This document shows positions 55,639 to 64,000 of a DNA stretch of 64,000 bases, piece after piece (within the stretch, counting starts at the first letter, position 1; each line of letters opens with the position of its first letter). Under the pieces are notes generated by a model. The model saw only the letters and a list, made by a program, of their open reading frames with translations. It had not been told where the DNA came from and searched no databases. The stretch covers positions 8,669 to 72,668 of the forward strand of contig NW_005434471.1 of NCBI RefSeq assembly GCF_000315625.1. The letters are read 5' to 3'. Source of the DNA: Guillardia theta CCMP2712. Its lineage: Eukaryota; Protista; Cryptophyta. A program made the translations under genes and the position numbers.

Positions 55639-56499
55639 AGAAGAAGCTAATGGCGAATTGGATTGGTAGGAAGATTTGTATCATATGTGCGATAGTTGGA
55701 TTTGTTTGAATGAAGAAATGCTAAAAACGACTTCAGTGTGGATGCGTGTCAGTGTGAAAGTTGGATGTGTTTGAATCAAGGAATGATAAAAATGACTTGG
55801 GACACTTTCCCGAAGTGCTTGTGTAGACCCGTCACGACTCGCATTGCTGCTTGACAACTGTGTGGATTTGCTCCAACGTCAAATCAAAGAGTAAGATGCA
55901 AAATGGTACTACGGAAGAGTGGCCGCAAGCTGCGATCAGAAGCATCTGTGTGATTCAGTAGAAGATCCTCAAGGATGATTAATGCTTTATCACCGATGAA
56001 GCATTCAGATGGCTTTGATGTCGATGACAGACTCAAACAATGTCATAACGTGTAGTCAAACCCAACTGGCCATGACAGCAAGACCCATAAGAAACTTCAC
56101 TTTTGATCACCCTTTACTATCGTTCACATGCTCCACACCATGCAACTAGCTAGAAGCTCTTGGCTGACATGACCATCAAAACCATGACCCCTCCTTTCTA
56201 CTGCAAGTACCCCTACCACACAGATGAGGCTATTTGATCGGCTACGTACGACTACTACTACGTCCCACTTCTCATGATCGGAAGCTACCCCCACCCCCTC
56301 AATACCCTCTCTTACCACCCCCCGTTTTCGACTAGTCATGGACACCTGATAAAGCCTGAAAAAAGCCGCCTGCTCCGTCTCCTCGCCTCCTCCCCTCGCG
56401 CTCTCTCTCAGCTCTTGGACGCTTAGCACTTGAGTTACCTCCGTCCCTCCTGATCCCTCGAATGATTCTTGGCTGCAGTTCGAGCAAACTTGAAACTAT

Positions 56500-56721
56500 A
56501 TGACGTCCCCTCCTCCTGCCCCCCTCCATCGTTCCATCCGGTTCAAGGAATTGCGCTGGAATCACTCTCCCTCTACAAACTCGCATGTTGTTCTCCGCAC
56601 GCCTTGCAATCAAAACGCATCAGCAACAAGTGACGGTCAGACGCTTCTCAAGAATGTGCAAGCTGTTCGAAGCAAACTGGTGGACAATGAGCGCCCACGT
56701 CAACAGAAGTTGTCTTCTTGA
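56500..56721 (+). CDS. Small intronless protein, paralog 3 of 3 (73 aa)
   Basis: MTSPPP...SIRFKELRW...SDGQTLLKNVQAVRSKLVDNERP. Confidence 0.75.
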   Translation: MTSPPPAPLHRSIRFKELRWNHSPSTNSHVVLRTPCNQNASATSDGQTLLKNVQAVRSKLVDNERPRQQKLSS

Positions 56722-58026
56722 CAGACCGAGAATGGGGGACAGGGACTCAGTATTAGTAGTATTTTGACTCATTAAAAAACCCGAAACTTACATTCTCCAG
56801 TGATTGGTACCCGATTGTATCAGAGTATCCAAATCTTGAGAGTATGCAGGTAATTGATTGGATTCACTTCCAGATACGTGTCTGCCAACTGAAATATGTC
56901 ATTTCGAGGCTTGTAACAGATTTTGCAATCGGTCAATTTTGTTTTTTTTTGGATGGATCAATAATGTCTTTGCATCATGATAAATGATACTGAGTCTAGA
57001 CAGACAACTCTATTTCACATCTTCGAATCAATCCTGCAGTTGACAGTGTTGGTACAAGTGTACAACGGTGATGCTGGCCTTCCTGTTGTGTAGCCAACTT
57101 GTTTCGCTCTTTGAGTAAAAGTTTCGCTCTCAATCGTCTACTTGTTCTCTTGTCACTGAGTGCCCTTCCCTCCTACCCCCGGCCCCGGCCCCGGGTTTCT
57201 CCCCCGACCCCAGGGGGCCGGCGTGAGTAAAAAAAAACATCAAAGATGTACCCCTCCGGCGCTCCGAATGTTTTCTTGTTCCTTGATAGCCATAGCTTCT
57301 GTCTCAAAGGGTGGGGTATATTGCTGGAATTTCCATGGTGGGGGGTGGTAGCCGTGTGGGAGTCGAAAGGTGCTCGCATGGCATTGCAGGGTCGCTACGT
57401 ACTATCATTTTAACTTAATGGTTTTTACCGAGGGGTGGATGGTACTGGCAGGTGCTCATCTTTATCGAAAACGAGTTTTTTCCAACTCAGCCCCTTGGCA
57501 TCTGACGTGATCAGTGATGTCTCAAACGTTTAAATATATTATATTATCATACAATGATTTAAAATTGCTACATATCATTTTTAGGAGGTATCTCGGATTG
57601 TTAAAACATTGTAGCTGTTGGCTTCCTGCAACTGACGATGACGAAAGGGCGGCAAGTCAGAGAGGAGGGAGCGAGAGAAGGAAAGAGGAAATGAAGGAAA
57701 GAGTGAGGGGAGCAGAGGAATCATTATGCGATATGTGGGGCTCTGAAGCCTGTATTCGGGTACCAAGCATGGAAGATCTGTTGAGAGTGCAGAGCATACA
57801 CACAAGCATCTTGAGTCATAATGCTTTAGTCGAGTTGGAGGCTACGTCATCATTGGGAGGATGGGCTGAAGGTGACAAAAAGTAGCAAGCAAGAGGGAAG
57901 TGAATGAATTGGATAGAATATTTCAAGACATTTCCGTGTGTGGTTGTGATATCGACTGACAGTACTTGCGCAGGAACGTCGTTGTTTCCACGCAATCAAG
58001 AGACTTGCTGTTTAAGATTCATCGGC

Positions 58027-58731
58027 ATGCTTTCATCCTATTCCATGAGCGCCAGTACCAACCAAGATCAGACTCAATCCCTTGGCAGGAGTCAAATGCA
58101 AAACTTTGCCAGAATGCGGTCCATGCCGGCGCTTGACGCCTTGCAAGCGAGCAACCAGGTATCCTGCGGGGTCCTTCATCGTATTGATGCAGAGGACATG
58201 AGACTGCAAGCTGCTCGATCGCACCAGATAAGCTCTTTCCGGGAGAAACGTCGAGTGCATTATGAGCTGGACAACTTTCAGCGAAGAACCGTTTCAATGC
58301 CTGCGATGAAGACGAGCAACGTGTTCAATGAAGAGACCATGGAGACTCGAGACTCCATCCTCGATCTCCTGCATGAGCTGAGCGAGAATCATCCAGATGC
58401 CTTTCAGGCGTTGTTGAGCAAGAATCTAAAGGTGAGCCAGAGCCCTTACTCTTTGTTTGTTCCTGTTCTGACCCGCGATGCTCCGCAAGGTGCTATGCGA
58501 AGACCTTGGAGTCAAGCATGCGTATGAGGAGACAAGACACAATTTTGAGAGTCATTGCAAGGATCTGAAGGTATCAAACTGTGTTCTTGTATCCGCTCTT
58601 TCATGATTCTTGGAAATTGATCGCAATTTGACATGTTGGAGGCTCGAGACTGAGATTTGTTTGGACAGGTTGTGGAAGAAGCTGAGGAAGAGTACACCAT
58701 CGATGAGATGAAACAAGACATGTATAGCTAA
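58027..58731 (+). CDS. Small multi-exon uncharacterised protein with two RxxSMP motifs and a helical C-terminus
   Basis: Exons joined by plausible GT-AG introns; RMRSMP and RTVSMP; ends ...EMKQDMYS*. Confidence 0.6.
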
Positions 58732-58892
58732 GATGAAACCAAGTCCTAATAGTATAGTTGGATCTTTTGTTTGTTGTAAATAGTTGTTCATCCATTCCTT
58801 CATATTCTCAAAAGAATGTGCATCACGTTTACAACGAAGCCGCATTTGCCAAATGCGTTTCTCGAATCCAATCAAACAACCCTTTCTTGCAC

Positions 58893-60496
58893 CTAAAATG
58901 CAAGATCGGCTCCATACTTGTTCCTCTTGTAGTAGATGTTCTTGGGATTTCTATCTCTGACACGAGCGCCAAAGCATGTTCTGTCCTGGGGGTCGAGGAA
59001 TGCTTCCTACCCACGGCATGTCAAGACAACCTCTTAGCGATGTCGTGCAAGAACCTGAAAGCGTTTCCCCATCTTTCGGTCTTCAGAGAGGGGCTGGTAG
59101 GTGATGTTTGTCTTCAAGATGTTCAGTCCAGCCTCTGCACAAGTTCAAGTCAACGAAAGTGAGATGAGACATTTCATCCTGGGCAGGAGCATTGCTATCA
59201 CAAGGCGTGCAAGAGGGAGAGAACGAGCAAGGGGAGGTGAGGGACTATCGCGAGTGTAAGCAAACACCGAGAGGAAAGTGAAGGAGAGGAGAGGAACCGC
59301 AGAGTTGGCGCTATCAAGATGAAATTGTCATTTCCGCTACCTCTCATCTTGCGATCGTACTTCAAGTACTTCCCCGACAAGGGCATCTCCTCTACGTTGA
59401 AATGGTACTTCAAGTCTGCCTTGGGCTTGAACTTGTCCAGGTCCTGACCAGCAGTCTCCGTCTCCGTCTTGGCGCCCTCAGCTGGTTGCGCGTCAAGGTC
59501 CTTGAGGGCCATCCGAGCCATGGAGGAGCGAGCGACTACCCGAAACCTCATTTCCTCGAGCTTCAGCTGCTTCAGCTCCTCCTGCATCCGGTGCATGTAC
59601 TCCTTGGACCACCTCCTGGCCTCGGGCTGCAGCATCAGCTGCTCGAGGCTCGTCAGCTGTTTGTAGTTCTCAGCTCTCTGCCTCTCAAGGGAGCCCTCGT
59701 CCTCCCGGTTCCTCCTCGTCCTCATCCTCTGAATGGCCTTGTTGACGTTCATCTCCACCTTGACCAGGTGGTGGAACTGTTGTACATTTCTCTGAAACCA
59801 GGATACTTCTTCCATCAGGTGATCTTCCTTCTTCTCAAGATGGTCAATCTTCGTTCTCACCTCGGCAAGCTCTCTCTGTATCATCGTCTTGTAATCCGAG
59901 TCGCCTTCCATGTACTTGTTCCTCGCGGTGCTCTCGATCAGCTGCAGTTGCGTCTCAAGCTCTCCCTTCATGTTCAACAAGGGTTTCAGGTCGACCCGCA
60001 CTTGCTGCCAGTCAGCCTGCAGCTTCTTGACGTTGTTCTTTTGCACACACGCGTTGATCTCCGTCATGAGCACAGAGTTGACGTGGTTGTTCGCCAGGGT
60101 GAGCTTGGTGAGAGAGGTGTTGTGCCGTCTGAGCACATGCAGAAACTCGTTGGCTCCCTCGTCTCCGATGTTGTTCATGTCCAGATTCAGCGACATCAGC
60201 GTGCTGTTCGTCTCGAGCGACCGCGCAAGGGAGGACGCGCCTTGTGGGCCGATGTCGTTGTGGTACAGGTCGAGCTCCCGTAAGATCACATTCACCTTGA
60301 GCGCATGCGCCAGGAGGTCAGCCCCAAAGTCTCCGCACTCGATCCAGCTGAGGCTCAGGTCGGCCAGCCGCGGGTCGTTCCTGTTCAGCCTCCTCAGCAC
60401 CACGTCCAGCTCGCTCTTCTTCTGCGATGTCATGGCGAAGTCGCTGGCGCAGTTGACGTACCACTTGGCGTTGGAGGGCCCGATGAGCCGAACCAT
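58893..60496 (-). CDS. RNI-like leucine-rich repeat protein with C-terminal coiled coil
   Basis: LRELDLYHNDIGPQGASSLARSLETNSTLMSLNLDMNNIGDEGA repeats followed by long heptad regions; last exons inferred. Confidence 0.85.
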
Positions 60497-61074
60497 CTCG
60501 AGCAGCTGAGCGGCGACGAAGGGGGGCGGAAGGAGGTAGAGGGGAAGGAGGGAGGAGGGAGGAGGGAGGAGGGAGGAGGTAAGAAAGGAGGGAGTCGACT
60601 TTAAGCCCACGGAACAGTTGCGCCGGGCAGCACACGATCTGAGCGTTTGAACTTCATCTCATCAGTTGCCATATGCTTGAGTCAGCGCTGCCATGGTGGT
60701 ACGGTAGCCTCATCATAATCGCGCATCCGATATTTGACCAGCACATCAGCAGTGTTGTCATACATGAATCAAGGGAAAGTTTCATTTTGCCACCTTCCTT
60801 GTCAAGCACACTTGATAGTCGACCACCAGCCACTAACGATCCTAGAGACAGTCTCTGGCTCTCAAAGCACGACAATCAAACAGTGAAGTCAGTCAACGAC
60901 CTCAGTGAGTCTCAGCAGCCTTGAAGGTTCGCATGCTCAGATGCGCATACACATGTCCGAGGGGAACCAGGGCTGGCAGTAAGATGCTGTCTGTCTGCAT
61001 GCACTGCCGCGCATCTCATAGAGCATAGCGGCGGGAGCAACGGCCATCAGTTGCCGGTCCTACACAGACCGGGG

Positions 61075-61116
61075 AACTTTCTGCCTTGAAGTTCTCGAAC
61101 TTCAAGGCAGAAAGTT
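61075..61116. promoter_or_regulatory. Perfect 20-bp inverted repeat with 2-nt loop in the region between divergent LRR and MSH3 genes
   Basis: AACTTTCTGCCTTGAAGTTC-TC-GAACTTCAAGGCAGAAAGTT. The structure is certain; a regulatory role is inference. Confidence 0.5.
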
Positions 61117-61624
61117 TAAACTCAAAGTTTCCAAAGTTTGTTGATCCGATAGAGTAGTGATGCCCTTCGTAATGGCGGGAGATAGGCGACGACAAGGAGG
61201 AGGAGAAGGGAGAGGAGAGGAAGCAAGGAGAAGGCGAGAAGAGAAGAAGACGGAAGAAGGGTGAGGGCAAGCAGCAGCAGCAGAGCAGCAGGTGGTCGAG
61301 TGAAAGGGCGCGAGAGTGAAGCAGCGAAAGAAAGCTTGTCGATCCTTTGCCGAAGGAAAGGGAGAGATGTCGAACATCTGAAGTTTTGAATGAATCAGGG
61401 CATGTGGGACTGGAAGCCAAGATGAGATAAAGGGGGAAGGAGGAGGAGCGGAGACGGCAGGGCAGGGAGGAGGAGGAGGAGGAGGAGGAGGAGGAGGAGG
61501 ATTCTCTTTTGAGGCGCTGTGAATCCGGCAACCTTCTTGCTCGCTTGTGCTGCTCTCATGACGTTGACGGGTGCATGGTAGGAGCGACGTCTGTGTGGGG
61601 ACTTGAGCTCAAGCTCAGCTGGAG

Positions 61625-64000
61625 ATGAAGTCAGCCAAGAAGTCCTCGCAGACCCAGTCGAAGTTGAGCCACTTCTTCAAGGTAGCCAACAATGCAGGAG
61701 CCGACAAGGAGGAGGGGCAGGAGAGGAGAACCCTGTTCTCGCATGCAGGCAAGCATCAAAGTCAAGATGCTCCTGCCAAGCAGAGATGCGAGGAGGAGAA
61801 GGAGATCGGCGATCCGAGTGGCGGAGACGGGAGGGACGTTGCGCTTCCAGCAAGCGGGAGGAAGAGAGAGCACGAGCAGGCCGAGAGAGGCAGCGGGGGG
61901 AGGAGCCTCCGCCGGAGGGTGAGGAGGAGTCTGAAAGAATCCTCAGAGGAGGAGGAGGAGGAGGAGGAGGAGGAGCGGATTGTGTCTCATGTGGTTGCAA
62001 GTGACTCGGACAGCGACGAGGGAAAGAAGAGCAGCTCCCATACCACCCCTGCCAAGTGCGAGATGAACGTGGACGTGTTTGACTGCACGCCAGCGATGAA
62101 GAAGAAGGAAGAGGAGGAGGAGGAGGAGGAGAAGAAGAAGGAAAGGAAGGGAGCAAAGGGGAAGGGGGAGAAGGGGGAGAGGAGGGGTTTCACGCCTTTC
62201 AAGAGGAAGTTGGAGAGTGTTGTAGAGGAGGATAAGGTGGAGGTAAAGACAGCAGCGAGCCTGACGGACAAGGAGGCTAAGAAGAGGCACGAGCAGTTTG
62301 TGAAGAAAGTCAGCCTGTTCAAGGAGCGGCTGGATCGGGAAGAAAAGAAGGAAGTGACAGACAGTCAGAGCTCGTTCCAGAGTGTCGATCTTGTCCCGAC
62401 CGACCTCACGTAATGACTTCTCACCTCGTGTGGCTGTGATGTATGTGAGGGGCGTCGAGATATGCTGATGATGAGTATGAATTGATGCGATGAGGGAGAG
62501 GGAGGAGGAGGAGGAGGAGGAGGAGGAGGAGGAGGAGGAGGAGGAGGAGGAGGAGTGGGAGTGGGCTAACCTTCGACCAGGTATCCTAAAGGGGCCAAGC
62601 TGACCCCGTTCGAAGAGCAAGTTGTTGAGATAAAGAAGAAGCATCCTGATGTAGTTCTACTAGTTGAGTGCGGGTAAGTTCTCTCCCTGCCGCTTCCATC
62701 ACGTTCTCCTCCTCCTCAACTTCCCCCTCCCCCCCTTCCCTCTTCCTCGTTTTCCCTTTCCGCCTCCGTCTCCTCCGTCTCCTCCGGTGTCTGCTCCCAT
62801 CTTTCTTTGTCCTTTCTTATTCCTGCTCTGTACCCCGCCCCGCTCAACTCGTCTGCCGCCCTGAGGAGGGAGGTGTTCAGTCGGTGACCTGATACTCAGG
62901 TACAAGTTTCGCTTTTTGGGACGGGATGCAGAGATTGCGTCAAAAGTTCTTCACATCTTTCATCACATTGACCACAACTTCCTGACTGCTTCCATCCCAA
63001 CTTTCCGACTACAAGTACACCTCGTCTGCTTTCTTCAGCTCTCTCTACCCAACGGCACCTGTTGGAGCAGCAGCTCTCCCCTCTTCCCTCTTCCCTCTCC
63101 CCTCTCCCCTCTCCTCTCTCGTCTCTTCTTCTCTCTTCTCCTCTCATCGAGGTCTTCCTGACCTCGCCATGGCAGGTTCACATTCGACGTCTAGTGGAGG
63201 CAGGGTACAAGGTCGGGGTGGTGCGGCAGATGGAGACGGCAGCGATCAAGGCTGCCGACGCGAAGCGGAGGAACTCAAACTTTCGACGCGAGCTGTGCGA
63301 GCTGTTTACCAAGTCGACGATGATGGTGGAGGACGTGGAGATTGTTGGGCACTCGTTCTCCCCCTCCTCTTCCTCCTCCTCCTCGGTCTACCTGATGTGC
63401 GTCTACGAGCAAGAAGGAGGAGGGGAGGAGGAGGCGGATGTTGGGATCGTTTGCATCGACACTTCGTCGGGGGACATTGTTTACGACAGTTTCAAGGACG
63501 ACAGGACGCGATCAGAGTTGGAAAGTAGACTGTGTCACCTGCAGCCCAAGGAGATGGTGTGTTGATGGGGAGGAGGAGGAGGAAGAGGAGGACGAGGACG
63601 AGGAGGACGGGGGGAGGGGAGGAGGACGAGGACGAGGACGAGGAGGAGGAATTTTTTTTGGTGGGGGGATGAAGGACGAGGAGGACGAGGAGGACGAGGA
63701 GGATCGTTCGACTTGACATCATTGTCAGGTACTCCCGGAGAATCTGTCAGTAAATAGCATGAAGTTGATCAAACGGCATGTTGGGGGGAGGCAGAAAAGT
63801 TCGACGAGAGTTGAAATTATCTCTCCCAACTTGTTCAAGCAAGCTGCCGCTCACCGTGCAATCTCTTCGTTCTTTGACAAGAATGATGGGGATGAAGGAA
63901 GGAGCGACGACGATGGTGAGAGATTGCGAGCACTTGAGAAACATCCTGATTAAGAGAGAACATGCGAGTCAGCAAGATCAGGAAGCAACACAACAGAGAG
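61625..64000 (+). CDS. MSH3: DNA mismatch repair protein MSH3, 5' part (runs off the window)
   Basis: N-terminal PIP box QSKLSHFF; [42 protein letters not shown]...[44 protein letters not shown](F/Y)RF is MSH3-specific. Confidence 0.95.

Noticed and set aside
59402-60509. Long + strand ORFs opposite the LRR gene (and similar antisense ORFs over the helicase and ARM genes)
   Set aside because: Shadow ORFs caused by GC3-rich codon usage of the real gene on the other strand.

Overview
Gene-dense eukaryotic nuclear DNA with many short (about 40-60 nt) GT-AG and occasional GC-AG introns, microsatellite-filled introns and GC-rich intergenic repeats. Two genes carry signal peptides ending in xxA-F followed by a transit-like segment, consistent with a secondary-plastid alga. 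My inference is a cryptophyte such as Guillardia. Recognisable genes are the 3' end of an SMR/EmrE-type transporter, COG8, a SINA-like RING-TM protein, a TKL kinase, MED6, DTL/CDT2, a MOV10/SDE3-like SF1 RNA helicase, an ARM-repeat protein, an AFG2/SPATA5 AAA ATPase, an LRR/coiled-coil protein and the 5' part of MSH3. The most unusual items: (1) the MOV10-like helicase has a recently triplicated N-terminal winged-helix (LOTUS-like) plus RG unit; (2) three paralogous intronless 73-83 aa microproteins in tandem at 53.9-56.7 kb; (3) a microbial opsin lacking the retinal lysine and counterion; (4) a plastid-targeted RelA/SpoT-like protein with its catalytic residues replaced; (5) several inverted-repeat structures (a foldback element with ~220 bp arms, a dispersed ~30 bp TIR family, a perfect 20 bp palindrome). 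Exon boundaries were assigned by eye, so many multi-exon gene ends are approximate.
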